Source of the DNA: Candidatus Eiseniibacteriota bacterium
Lineage (GTDB): Bacteria; Eisenbacteria; RBG-16-71-46; CAVPCR01
Length of the DNA: 64,000 nucleotides
Direction of reading: 5' to 3'
Assembly: GCA_963823555.1 (NCBI GenBank)
Contig: CAWGMA010000001.1
Coordinates: forward strand, 352,001 to 416,000
Made by a program: the position numbers and the translations under genes. The notes beneath the pieces were generated by a model. It was not told the DNA's origin, did not search any database, and saw nothing but the letters and a program-made list of their open reading frames with translations. Below, one piece after another: positions 30,898 through 40,686 of this stretch (position 1 is its first letter; each line of letters starts with the position of its first letter).

Positions 30898-33800
30898 ACC
30901 GCGTTCTCATCCTGGGATCAGGACCGATCGTCATCGGTCAGGCATGCGAGTTCGACTACTCGGGCACACAGGCTTGCCGTGCCCTCGGTGCGGCCGGGAT
31001 CGAGGTGATCCTCGTCAATTCGAACCCGGCGACGATCATGACCAACCCCGACATCGCCGCCCGCACCTATATCGAGCCGATCACCCCGGAGTTCGTCGAG
31101 AAGGTGATCGCCCGCGAGCGCCCGGATGCACTCCTGCCCACCCTCGGCGGACAGACCGCGCTCAACGTCGGCCTCGCGCTGGCCGAGAGCGGCGTTCTCG
31201 CCCGCTACGGCGTCGAGCTGATCGGTGCCCGCGCCGAGGTGATCGAGCGGGCCGAGGACCGGCTGGCGTTCAAGCGGGCGATGACGGAGGCCGGGCTCGA
31301 TCTGCCGCGGTCGGGCGAGGCGCGCTCGGTGGCGGAGGCCCGGGACCTGGCGGAGTCGATCGGCGGGCCGGTCATCGTGCGGCCGAGCTTCACCCTGGGC
31401 GGCGGCGGTGCCGGCATGGCCCGCGACCGGGCCGAGCTCGAGCAGGTCGTCGAGCGCGGTCTCAAGCAGAGCCCGGTGGGGCGCGTGCTCATCGAGGAGT
31501 CGGTCGCCGGCTGGAAGGAATTCGAGCTCGAGGTCATGCGTGATCACGCGGACAACGTCGTCATCGTGTGCTCGATCGAGAACATCGACCCGATGGGCGT
31601 CCATACCGGGGACTCGATCACCGTGGCCCCGGCGCTCACGCTGACCGACCGTTGCTACCAGGATCTGCGTGACAAGGCGATCCGCGTCATGCGCGCGATC
31701 GGCGTCGACACTGGAGGCGCCAACATCCAGTTCGCGGTCGACCCGGCCGACGGACGGGCAGTCGTGATCGAGATGAACCCGCGCGTGTCCCGGAGCTCCG
31801 CGCTGGCCTCGAAGGCGACCGGGTTCCCGATCGCCAAGCTCGCCGCGCTCCTGGCCGTGGGCTACACGCTCGACGAGATCAAGAACGACATCACGGGGAC
31901 CACGCCGGCGTCCTTCGAGCCGGCGCTCGACTACTGCGTGGTCAAGATCCCGCGCTTCGCCTTCGACAAGTTTCCGGCCGCCGAGCGCGTTCTCGGCCCG
32001 CAGATGAAATCGGTCGGCGAGGTGATGGCGATCGGGCGCACCTTCGAAGAGGCGCTCATGAAGGCCCTGCGCTCGCTCGAGGTGGATCGCGCCCGGGACC
32101 GCACTCTCGGTGGTGGGCCGTTCTCCCCGGGCGAGCCCCGGGATCCGACCATTCCCGGGGTCGAGCGCCTCTATGCGGTCGGCGCCGCCCTCGCCGGCGG
32201 CGACTCGGTCGAGGCGGTGGCCCGGGCGACGGGGATCGATCCGTGGTTCGTGGACGCCTTGGCGGGTCTGGTCGGGCTCGAGGCCGAGATCTCGCAGGCC
32301 GGATGGCCGCTCGCTCCCGAACTCCTCCGGCGCGCCAAACGGGCTGGATTCGCCGATCGGCAGATCGCGCGTCTCGCCGGGGTGGTGGCCCCGTCGCCGG
32401 AGCTGGAAGTCCGAGCCCGCCGCGAGCTCCTCGATATCCGGCCCACCATGAAGTCCGTGGATACCTGCGCGGCCGAGTTCGCCGCCTCGACGCCGTACCT
32501 CTACTCGACCTACGAGGAGGAGGACGAGGCGATACCCGATCCGCGGCCCACGGTGATCGTGCTCGGGTCGGGACCGAATCGCATCGGTCAGGGCATCGAG
32601 TTCGACGCCTGCTGCGTCGAGGCCTGTTTCGCCCTTCGCGAGCGCGGGTATCGGGTCGTTCTGGTCAACTCGAATCCGGAAACCGTGTCGACCGACTACG
32701 ATGTCTCCGATCGCCTCTATTTCGAACCGGTCGTGCTCGAGAACGTCCTCGATGTCATCGCGCGCGAGCGCCCGCTCGGCGTCATCGTGCAGCTCGGCGG
32801 CCAGACCCCGCTCGGTCTCGCCGGTCCGCTCGCTGCCCAAGGGGTGCCGCTGCTCGGCACGTCCTGGGATGCGATCGATCGTGCGGAGAACCGCGAGCGC
32901 ATGAAGGTCGTGATCGAGGATCTCGGGATGCGCTACCCGCGAAGCGCGGCGGTGAGCGATCCCACGCGGGTCATGGCCGCCGCCGCCGAGCTCGGCTATC
33001 CGCTTCTCGTCCGCCCGTCCTATGTGCTCGGGGGACAGGGAATGCGGGTGATCGTCGACCCCAATGAGCTCGAGCACCTGGTCGCCAGCGAGAGCGTCGT
33101 CGTGACTCCTGATCGACCGCTCATGCTCGACGCCTTCATCGAGGATGCGATCGAGGTCGATGTGGATGCGGTTGCCGATGGCGAGACGGTGGTTGTCGGG
33201 GCCATCCTCGAGCACATCGAGGAGGCTGGAGTCCACTCCGGGGATTCCTCGTGTGTGACTCCACCCTGGTCGTTGGGCGAGGACATGGTGGCGGCGCTCC
33301 GCGACCACACGCGCCGCCTGGCCCGCGCCCTCGATGTGATCGGGCTGATCAATATCCAGTTCGCGATCAAGGGCGACACCATTCTCGTCCTCGAGGTGAA
33401 TCCGCGAGCCTCGCGCACCGTACCCTTCGTCGCCAAGGCGACCGGGGTACCGCTGGCCCGCCTGGCGGCGCGGGTGATGGTTGGCGAGAAACTCGCGGCG
33501 ATGGGGGTGCCGCTCGACCTCGAGTCGGAGGGGGTGTGCGTCAAGAAGCCGGTCATGCCCTTCGACCGCTTTCCGGGCGAGGATCTGCTGCTCGGACCCG
33601 AGATGCGCTCGACGGGCGAGGTGATGGGGATCGACCGCGACCTCGGGCGAGCCTTCGCCAAGGCCCTGATCGCCGATCCGGGAGGCGGGGAACTCCCGGC
33701 GGCGGGAGCGGTGTTCCTCTCGGTGAGGGACCGCGACAAGCGCTCGGCGACCTGGATCGCCAAGCGCCTGGTGGAGCTGGGCTACGAGCTCTGCGCCACC

Positions 33801-34118
33801 GCCGGTACTGCCCGCCTGCTGGCCATGAACGGCGTCCAGGCGCGGCGCGTGTTCAAGGTCCACGAGGGGAGCCCCAACGCGGTCGACCTGATCCGGAACG
33901 GCGAGATCCGACTCGTCATCAACACGCCGCTTGGCCGTCCCTCGCGCTATGACGAGAAGGCCATCCGTTTGGCTGCCCTGGAGCGGGGAGTCCCATGCGT
34001 GACCACCATGTCGGGAGCACAGGCGGCCGTCAGCGCCATGGATGCGCTCAAGGCCGGCGATCTCGACGTGACCGCCCTTCAAGATCGCACGTGCGGAGCG
34101 GTCGCGGCGGCGAGATGA
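30876..34118 (+). CDS. carB: Carbamoyl-phosphate synthase large subunit
   Basis: [17 protein letters not shown], two ATP-grasp halves (HTGDS, HSGDS), MGS-like C-terminal domain. Confidence 0.97.
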   Translation: MPRRHDLNRVLILGSGPIVIGQACEFDYSGTQACRALGAAGIEVILVNSNPATIMTNPDIAARTYIEPITPEFVEKVIARERPDALLPTLGGQTALNVGLALAESGVLARYGVELIGARAEVIERAEDRLAFKRAMTEAGLDLPRSGEARSVAEARDLAESIGGPVIVRPSFTLGGGGAGMARDRAELEQVVERGLKQSPVGRVLIEESVAGWKEFELEVMRDHADNVVIVCSIENIDPMGVHTGDSITVAPALTLTDRCYQDLRDKAIRVMRAIGVDTGGANIQFAVDPADGRAVVIEMNPRVSRSSALASKATGFPIAKLAALLAVGYTLDEIKNDITGTTPASFEPALDYCVVKIPRFAFDKFPAAERVLGPQMKSVGEVMAIGRTFEEALMKALRSLEVDRARDRTLGGGPFSPGEPRDPTIPGVERLYAVGAALAGGDSVEAVARATGIDPWFVDALAGLVGLEAEISQAGWPLAPELLRRAKRAGFADRQIARLAGVVAPSPELEVRARRELLDIRPTMKSVDTCAAEFAASTPYLYSTYEEEDEAIPDPRPTVIVLGSGPNRIGQGIEFDACCVEACFALRERGYRVVLVNSNPETVSTDYDVSDRLYFEPVVLENVLDVIARERPLGVIVQLGGQTPLGLAGPLAAQGVPLLGTSWDAIDRAENRERMKVVIEDLGMRYPRSAAVSDPTRVMAAAAELGYPLLVRPSYVLGGQGMRVIVDPNELEHLVASESVVVTPDRPLMLDAFIEDAIEVDVDAVADGETVVVGAILEHIEEAGVHSGDSSCVTPPWSLGEDMVAALRDHTRRLARALDVIGLINIQFAIKGDTILVLEVNPRASRTVPFVAKATGVPLARLAARVMVGEKLAAMGVPLDLESEGVCVKKPVMPFDRFPGEDLLLGPEMRSTGEVMGIDRDLGRAFAKALIADPGGGELPAAGAVFLSVRDRDKRSATWIAKRLVELGYELCATAGTARLLAMNGVQARRVFKVHEGSPNAVDLIRNGEIRLVINTPLGRPSRYDEKAIRLAALERGVPCVTTMSGAQAAVSAMDALKAGDLDVTALQDRTCGAVAAAR

Positions 34119-36013
34119 GGGCGGGCGTCGGCTTGCGTTCCCGACTCGGCCTCATCCTGGCGGCGCTCGCTCTCATCGGGTCGGCATGTGCCTACTACAA
34201 CACCTTCTACTCGGCGCGGAAGTACTTCCGTGACGCCGAGGAGCAGTTCAAGGCGAGCGGGCAGGAACATCCCTCGCCGAGCGTGCTCGATCTCTACTCG
34301 CGCTCGATCGAGCGCAGCGAGAAGGTCCTGACCGAGTACCCGAAATCGAAGTGGGTGGATGATGCGCGTCTCCTGATCGGCATGGCCTATCTCCGGCGCG
34401 AGGAGTACGAGAAGGGCATGGCCGCCTTCGAGGAGCTCATCGAACGGCACCCCAAATCGAAGCTGATTCCGGATGCGTGGTTCGGCATCGGCCTGTGTCA
34501 GCTCGGCGGCGGCGAGTTCGAGGCGGGCCGGCAGACGCTCGAGCAGCTGCTCCAGGAGAACCCGAACTACAAGCGACGCGCGGAGGCGCGCTATCAGCTG
34601 GCCGAGAGCGCAGCCCAGCGCCGCGATTACCAGAGCGCGGTCGTGGAGTACACGTCGCTTCTCGCTTCCGAGGATCTGCCTGGCATCGCTCCCGATCGAG
34701 TCTATCGCGCTCGCGGCGAGGCCTACCTCGCTCTCGACGCTCCCGACTCGGCGCTCGCCGATTTCGAGGAGGCGGTGCGCCTATCGAACGTCCAGGAGGA
34801 TCGTTACGAAGCCAGGCTGCTGGCCGGTGAGAGTCTCGAGGAGATGGGCCGGCTCGATGAGGCCTTCGATCTCTACTCGCAGCTGGAGAGGGAGATGCCG
34901 GGCCTCAAGGAGCTGCCGCGCACCTTGCTGCGCAAGGCCCGCGTCCTGAACGCGCTCGGCCGTCATGAGGAGGCGATCGCGGTCTACGAGCGCGTGATCA
35001 AGGACTTTCCATCTTCGAGCTATGCCGCCGAGTCCCTGTACCAGATCGGATTCACGCAGGAGATCTACCTCGGCAATCTGGACGCCGCGAAGGAGGCGTA
35101 CGGCAAGGTGCGGGAGGCGGCGCCGGGCTCCGAGTTCACAACACTCGCCGAGGAACGGAAGCAGGCGATCGATCTCTACGGCCAGTATCGCTCCGAGATG
35201 ACGACGGGAGGCGAGGAGGAGGAGAAGGCTGAAGCCGCTCTCATGCTGGCCGAGGTGGCCCTGTTCCGCTTGCGAAAGGTGGACGAGGCGATTGCGGCCT
35301 ATGAGGCGGTCGAGCGCGATCACCCCAGCTCGGCCCTGGCGCCGAAGGCCGCCTATGCGGTGGCCTGGATCCAGGAGCACGAGCTCGGTGACTCGCTGGC
35401 CGCCGCGGACAGCTACCGGAGGGTGTACGAGAGCTATCCCGATACCGAGTTCGGCGTCGAAGCCGGCGTGCGCGCCGGACTCCTGGCCTCGGATTCGCTT
35501 TCCATCTACCGCGGACGTGTGCTGCAGATCAAGGCTGTCGCCGACAGCCTGGTGGCCCTGGCCCTGGCTCGGGCCGCCGCCGCCCGCGGGGACTCCCTCG
35601 CCGCGATCAGCGATTCCCTGGCCTCGGTGCCCGGCGATTCGCTGCGCGCGGGGCTTGCCGACTCGGCCTTCGGGACGGCGGATTCGCTGGTGGGGTCCCA
35701 GAGGGTCCAGATGGCCCCGGACCGCGGAGTCTCGCCCGTGTCGCCGCGGGTCGAGGCGCCCCCGGGCGTCCCGTCTTCCGTCCCGGAGGATTCGCTTGCG
35801 CCCCATGCGATGCCCCCCGGTGTCCTACCCGGGGCGGCCGATGGGAGCACCTTGCCGCCGGAACCGATGCCCGTGACGCCGCCGGAGTCGATGCCGCCCG
35901 AACCGACAGCGCCCGAACCGACAGCGCCCGAATCGACAGCGCCCGAATCGACGATGCCGCCCGAGCCGACGCCGCCGGACTCGGCGGGAACCACCGAACG
36001 CGGACCTGAATGA
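34115..36013 (+). CDS. TPR-repeat lipoprotein (CAYYNTFY N-terminus, PorW/SprE-reminiscent) with DSL-rich and Pro-rich tail
   Basis: LALIGSAC lipobox; YYNTFYSA; repeated BamD/CpoB-like TPR units ([30 protein letters not shown]); start overlaps the carB stop and stop overlaps the pyrK start. Confidence 0.8.
   Translation: MRAGVGLRSRLGLILAALALIGSACAYYNTFYSARKYFRDAEEQFKASGQEHPSPSVLDLYSRSIERSEKVLTEYPKSKWVDDARLLIGMAYLRREEYEKGMAAFEELIERHPKSKLIPDAWFGIGLCQLGGGEFEAGRQTLEQLLQENPNYKRRAEARYQLAESAAQRRDYQSAVVEYTSLLASEDLPGIAPDRVYRARGEAYLALDAPDSALADFEEAVRLSNVQEDRYEARLLAGESLEEMGRLDEAFDLYSQLEREMPGLKELPRTLLRKARVLNALGRHEEAIAVYERVIKDFPSSSYAAESLYQIGFTQEIYLGNLDAAKEAYGKVREAAPGSEFTTLAEERKQAIDLYGQYRSEMTTGGEEEEKAEAALMLAEVALFRLRKVDEAIAAYEAVERDHPSSALAPKAAYAVAWIQEHELGDSLAAADSYRRVYESYPDTEFGVEAGVRAGLLASDSLSIYRGRVLQIKAVADSLVALALARAAAARGDSLAAISDSLASVPGDSLRAGLADSAFGTADSLVGSQRVQMAPDRGVSPVSPRVEAPPGVPSSVPEDSLAPHAMPPGVLPGAADGSTLPPEPMPVTPPESMPPEPTAPEPTAPESTAPESTMPPEPTPPDSAGTTERGPE
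35897..35956 (+). repeat. 15-bp coding tandem repeat x4 ([10 protein letters not shown])
   Basis: CCCGAA(C/T)CGACAGCG three times plus a degenerate fourth copy. Confidence 0.9.
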
Positions 36014-36918
36014 GGGACTCGAGCATGATGTCACCGCCGCGCACGTCGCCTGTGAGCACGGAGGCCGAGATTCTCACGAACCGCCCGATCATGCCCGGCG
36101 GCATGCTCCTGTGCTTGTTGCTTCCCGCTTCCCGGCCCTTTCCGCCGCCGGTCGCCGGTCAGTTCGTGCACCTGCGGGCCGAGGGCTTTCCGCTCCTGCG
36201 CCGTCCCTTCAGCGTGCTCGGGTTCAGAACCGCGAGCGGTGGGAGCGCCGAGCTCGAGATCATGTATGCCGTCGTCGGGCGGGGCACCGAACGGTTGGCC
36301 GAGCTCACGCCCGGGGATCACCTCGGCGTCCTGGGGCCGCTCGGCAACGGCTACGAGCTGAGCGGCGCGGGGCCGCTCGTCCTCGTTGCCGGCGGCCGCG
36401 GTGCGGTGCCGCTCTTTCGCCTGCTCGAAGAGGGAGCGGGCCGCAAACGCGAGACCGTGTTCCTCTTCGGTGCGCGCAGCCGCGAGTACCTCTGGGAGCT
36501 CGCTCGCCTCACGGAGGTCGAGCATCATCTGGCCACCGATGACGGCTCGGCTGGCCGGCACGGAACGGTGATCGATCTGCTCGAGGAGGAGCTTGCGCGT
36601 CGCCCGCGCGGGCGTGCGGCCGGCGCGCCGCGGGTTTTCGCCTGCGGTCCCGAGGTGATGCTCAAGCGAGTGGCGGAGACCGCCGCGGCGTTCGGCGTGG
36701 AGGCGCAGGTCGCCCTGGAGAGTCCGATGGGGTGTGCGATCGGCATCTGTCGCGGATGCATCATCCCGCGCCGCGTGACCCCCGGCGGACATTGGCCTCG
36801 GGACGGCAACCCCCGCTACGGCACCGTGTGCAAGGAGGGACCGGTATTCCTCGGTGATGAAGTGGACTGGGAGGCGCTCGAGCGTGCCGTTCATCCGGCA
36901 GGGGCCCTGGTTTCATGA
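36010..36918 (+). CDS. pyrK: Dihydroorotate dehydrogenase electron transfer subunit
   Basis: LRRPFS, GPLGNG, ACGP, MGCAIGICRGC...VCKEGPV [2Fe-2S] motif. Confidence 0.92.
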   Translation: MRDSSMMSPPRTSPVSTEAEILTNRPIMPGGMLLCLLLPASRPFPPPVAGQFVHLRAEGFPLLRRPFSVLGFRTASGGSAELEIMYAVVGRGTERLAELTPGDHLGVLGPLGNGYELSGAGPLVLVAGGRGAVPLFRLLEEGAGRKRETVFLFGARSREYLWELARLTEVEHHLATDDGSAGRHGTVIDLLEEELARRPRGRAAGAPRVFACGPEVMLKRVAETAAAFGVEAQVALESPMGCAIGICRGCIIPRRVTPGGHWPRDGNPRYGTVCKEGPVFLGDEVDWEALERAVHPAGALVS

Positions 36919-37850
36919 ACCCCACCACCACGGTCGACCTGAAGGTCCGCCTCGGCTCGCTCGAGCTCGAAAATCCCATCCTCCTGGCTTCAGGCACCTG
37001 CGGCTACGGCGTGGAGCTCGCGGGGTTGCTCGACTTCGCCGCCATCGGGGGTCTCGTCACCAAGACCGTGACTCCGCTGCCGCGAGAGGGCAATCCGCCC
37101 CCGCGCATCACCGAGACGCCCTCGGGCATGCTCAACTCGATCGGCCTCGAGAACGTGGGCATCGACGTCTTCATTGCCGACAAGCTGCCCCAGGCCGCGC
37201 GCTTGCCGACGCGCATCATCGTCTCGGTGGGTGGGCATGCGGTCGAGGACTATGTCGAGCTGGTGGGCCGCCTGGACCCTGAGCCCGGGGTGGCGGCCAT
37301 CGAGCTCAATCTGTCCTGCCCCAATGTCTCGGGTGGTCTCGACCTGTCGCAGAATCCGCGCGGCTGTGCCGAGGTGGTCGCCGCAGCCCGGCGGGCCACG
37401 CGGAAGCCGCTGGTGGCCAAGCTCACGCCCAACGTGACACGCATCGGCGACATCGCGCGTGCCGCCGAGGAGGGAGGGGCCGACGCCGTGTCGCTCGTCA
37501 ACACCTTCATCGGGATGGCGATCGATGTCGAGCGGCGCATGCCCAAGCTGCGCACGGTGACGGGCGGGCTCTCGGGTCCGGCCATCCGCCCGCTGGCCGT
37601 CGCCAAGGTCTACGAAGCGGCGCGGGCGGTCACGATCCCAGTGGTCGGGATCGGCGGCATCTCGTCTGCGGCTGACGTGGTCGAGTTCCTGCTCGCCGGG
37701 GCCACCGCCGTCGAGGTCGGGACCTGGAACTACGTCGAGCCGGGCGCGGCCGGCCGGCTCGCCGCAGGTCTCGGCGACTATCTTGTGCGTCATCAATTGC
37801 GCTCGCCCTCTGATCTTCGTGGAGCGCTGGTTCTCCCGGTTCGGGAATGA
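36915..37850 (+). CDS. pyrD: Dihydroorotate dehydrogenase, class 1B catalytic subunit
   Basis: ASGTCGYG, GNPPPRI, MLNSIGLEN, ELNLSCPN, KLTPN, GGLSGPAIRP. Confidence 0.96.
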   Translation: MNPTTTVDLKVRLGSLELENPILLASGTCGYGVELAGLLDFAAIGGLVTKTVTPLPREGNPPPRITETPSGMLNSIGLENVGIDVFIADKLPQAARLPTRIIVSVGGHAVEDYVELVGRLDPEPGVAAIELNLSCPNVSGGLDLSQNPRGCAEVVAAARRATRKPLVAKLTPNVTRIGDIARAAEEGGADAVSLVNTFIGMAIDVERRMPKLRTVTGGLSGPAIRPLAVAKVYEAARAVTIPVVGIGGISSAADVVEFLLAGATAVEVGTWNYVEPGAAGRLAAGLGDYLVRHQLRSPSDLRGALVLPVRE

Positions 37851-37881
37851 TCATCACGGGTGGCAAGGAGACGGAAGGCAA

Positions 37882-38563
37882 ATGACCGACGATCGCCTCA
37901 TCGTGGCCCTCGATCACGGGGATCTGGCCGCAGCCCTCAAGATGGTTGATCTTCTGGATGATCTCGTGGGCTTTTACAAGGTGGGCCTCACCCTCTACAC
38001 TGCAGCCGGTCCGGAGGCGGTGGCCCGGTTGCGCGAGCGCCGGAAGCGAGTCTTCCTCGACTTGAAGCTGCATGACATTCCAGTGCAGGTGGGGGGGGCG
38101 GCGCGGGCGGCAAGCCAGCTGGGAGTCGATCTCCTGACCCTGCATGCGGCAGGTGGCAAGGAGATGATGCGGGCCGCAGCCGAGGCGGTGGCCACGAGCG
38201 GGACGAAGCTCCTGGGGGTCACGGTCTTGACGAGCCTGGCCGTTCCCGATCCCCGCGTCATCATCCTGGCGGCCGAAGGAGCGGTGGCGGCCGGTCTGGA
38301 TGGGGTGGTCGCTTCACCGGCCGAGGCCGGGGCCCTCCGACTCGCGCTCGGGCCCGGGGTCCTGATCGTGACGCCCGGTATCCGGCTCGCGCCGGCGGCG
38401 GGGGATGATCAGGTTCGGACCGGCGGGCCGGGAGATGCGCTCAAACGCGGCGCCTCGTCATCTCGTGGTCGGGCGACCGATCACGGCTGCTGTGGATCCG
38501 CGGGCCGCCGCCCAGGAGATCCGGAGGGCGATGACCCCGGCCCCAGCGGCCGGCGGGTGCTAG
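37882..38563 (+). pseudogene. pyrF: Orotidine-5'-phosphate decarboxylase with a +1 frameshift near 38455-38458 (real lesion or sequencing error)
   Basis: LIVALD, YKVG, FLDLKLHDIP, VTVLTS, VTPGIR and DDQ are in frame 1. The conserved HLVVGRPITAAVDP continues in another frame to TAG at 38561-38563. Confidence 0.85.
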
Positions 38564-38657
38564 CCCGGGGGTTCGTTCCGATTTCGTGTGATGCGGTTCC
38601 GGGGTGGCCCGGGACCCGCTGGTCGCCGGCGTCGATGCCGGAGGGGAGGGATCCAGG

Positions 38658-39608
38658 GTGCGCGTGCTCGTCACTGGAGTCACGGGATTCGCCGGCAGCC
38701 ATCTGGTCGACTACATGCTCGCTCTTCCCGGCGTGGAGATCTTCGGCCTCTGCCGCTGGCGGAGCCCCCTCGACAACATCCAGCACGTGCTGGCGAGAAT
38801 CCAGCTCCGGGAGTGCGACCTCCGCGATGCGTTCTCGGTGCGCGACGTCATCGAGGACATCCACCCTGACCGCATCTTCCACCTTGCGGCGCAGAGCTTC
38901 GTCCCGACCTCATGGACGGCGCCCACGGAGAGTCTCACCACGAACATCATCGGGCAGCTCAACGTTTTCGAGGCGGTGCGCAAGATCGGTCTTCAGCCGC
39001 TCATCCAGATCGCTTGCTCGAGCGAGGAGTACGGGCTCGTGCACGACCATGAGCTGCCGATCACCGAAGACAACCCGCTGCGCCCCCTGTCTCCCTACGC
39101 TGTTTCCAAGGTCGGCCAGGATCTCCTGGGGTTTCAGTACTTCATGAGCTACAAGATGCCGATCATCCGCACTCGTGGCTTCAACCATGAGGGCCCCCGG
39201 CGCGCCCCGGTGTTCGTGGTCAGCGACTTCGCACAGCAAGTGGCCGAGATCGAGCGCGGTCAACGGCCACCTGTCCTCCGGGTCGGCAATCTCGACGCGC
39301 AGCGTGACTTCACCGACGTGCGCGACATGGTGCGCGGGTACTGGCTTGCGCTCGAGAAGGGTCAACCCGGCGAGGTCTACAACATCTGTTCGGGACGCAG
39401 CTACTCGGTGCGCCAGGTCATCGATCTCCTGCTCGGCATGACCGACGCCAGGATCAAGATCGAGCAGGACCCGCGGCGTCTCCGGCCGTCGGACGTGCCG
39501 GTGCTGCGCGGCGATTTCACCAAGTTCGCGCGTCAGACCGGCTGGCAGCCCGAGATTCCCTTTGCGCAGACAGTTGAAGATCTCCTCAACTATTGGCGCA
39601 TGCGGTAG
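38658..39608 (+). CDS. gmd: GDP-mannose 4,6-dehydratase-family SDR
   Basis: TGVTGFAGSHL, HLAAQSFV..SW, SSEEYG, PLSPYAVSK, FNHEGPRR, GNLDAQRDF. Gmd versus Rmd cannot be fully resolved by eye. Confidence 0.7.
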   Translation: MRVLVTGVTGFAGSHLVDYMLALPGVEIFGLCRWRSPLDNIQHVLARIQLRECDLRDAFSVRDVIEDIHPDRIFHLAAQSFVPTSWTAPTESLTTNIIGQLNVFEAVRKIGLQPLIQIACSSEEYGLVHDHELPITEDNPLRPLSPYAVSKVGQDLLGFQYFMSYKMPIIRTRGFNHEGPRRAPVFVVSDFAQQVAEIERGQRPPVLRVGNLDAQRDFTDVRDMVRGYWLALEKGQPGEVYNICSGRSYSVRQVIDLLLGMTDARIKIEQDPRRLRPSDVPVLRGDFTKFARQTGWQPEIPFAQTVEDLLNYWRMR

Positions 39609-39696
39609 GAGGCATGATGAGCGGCACGTGGTGGGGGAGGGGAGGGCCGGCGCCGCGGGCCGGCAGCCTTGGGCTCGCGAGTGCGAGGGACCGGGC

Positions 39697-40683
39697 GTGA
39701 AGGTCTTGGTCACCGGGGCGAGCGGTTTTGTCGGTCGCCACTTGCTCGGGGAGCTCGAGCGGCGGGGTTTGACCACCGTGGCCACCGGTCTTCCCGCCGA
39801 GGGACACGCCGGTGGCGAGATGGCCTCAGCGGAGGCGGTAAGGCCCCTCGATCTGCGCGACGCGAAGCAGGTCGAGCGCCTGGTGGCCGAGGTCGAGCCC
39901 GACGCGGTCATCCATCTCGCGGCTCAGAGCTCGGCGGGCGCCTCCTTTGCGGCATCGCGCGAGACCTTCGAGGTCAACGTGCTCGGCACCTGGCATCTGG
40001 TCACCGCGCTCCGCGACGAGGCCCCGGGCGCCCGCTTCCTGGCCGTCACCTCCGGCGACCTGTACGGGGCGAGTGCTCCGGGAGCGCCTCATCGCGAGAC
40101 CTCGCCCTTCGCCCCGGTGAGCCCCTACGGGGCCTCGAAGGCCGCCCAGGATCTCCTCGTCCAGCTTGCCGGTGCGGCCTACCACCTCAAGGCGATCCGC
40201 CTGCGGCCCTTCACCCACGCCGGCCCGGGCCAGCGCCAGCGCTTCGCCCTGCCCGCCTTCGCGGCGCAGATCGCCGCCATCGAGCGCGGCGAGCACCGGC
40301 CCGTGCTCGCCGTGGGGAACCTCGACGTGGTCCGGGACTACACCGATGTCAGGGATGTGATCCGGGCCTATGCCGATCTCCTCACCCGCGGCACCCCGGG
40401 AGAGGCTTACAATGTCTGTACGGGGCGTGGTATCGCCCTCCGCGACCTGGTCGAGAAGCTGACTGCGGCCTCACATGTCCCGATCCGGGTCGAGGTGGAT
40501 CCGGCCCGCCTCCGGCCCGCCGACCTTCCCCACCTGGTCGGTGATCCCGCCAAGCTCGCCCGGGCGACCGGCTGGCGGCCGGAAATCGAGATCGATCGCA
40601 CTCTTGCCGATCTCTTGCTCGAAGCCCGGGCACGCGCCTCCGGGAGCCTTCGCACCGCCAAGGGGCATAGGGAGTCCATCTAG
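39697..40683 (+). CDS. rmd: GDP-4-keto-6-deoxy-D-mannose reductase-like SDR
   Basis: TGASGFVGRHL, HLAAQSS, SGDLYG, SPYGASK, RPFTHAGPGQ, GNLDVVRDY. Confidence 0.65.
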   Translation: MKVLVTGASGFVGRHLLGELERRGLTTVATGLPAEGHAGGEMASAEAVRPLDLRDAKQVERLVAEVEPDAVIHLAAQSSAGASFAASRETFEVNVLGTWHLVTALRDEAPGARFLAVTSGDLYGASAPGAPHRETSPFAPVSPYGASKAAQDLLVQLAGAAYHLKAIRLRPFTHAGPGQRQRFALPAFAAQIAAIERGEHRPVLAVGNLDVVRDYTDVRDVIRAYADLLTRGTPGEAYNVCTGRGIALRDLVEKLTAASHVPIRVEVDPARLRPADLPHLVGDPAKLARATGWRPEIEIDRTLADLLLEARARASGSLRTAKGHRESI

Positions 40684-40686
40684 CCG

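Noticed and set aside
30918..34082. 1054-aa minus-strand ORF, and similar long antisense ORFs (10693-12543, 43206-44837, 48097-50013, 51809-53029, 62565-63944)
   Set aside because: Shadow frames opposite well-supported genes; expected from high-GC codon bias and lacking recognisable motifs.
37783..39147. 454-aa ORF suggesting a PyrF fusion protein
   Set aside because: The extension is out-of-frame read-through caused by the frameshift and overlaps gmd in another frame.
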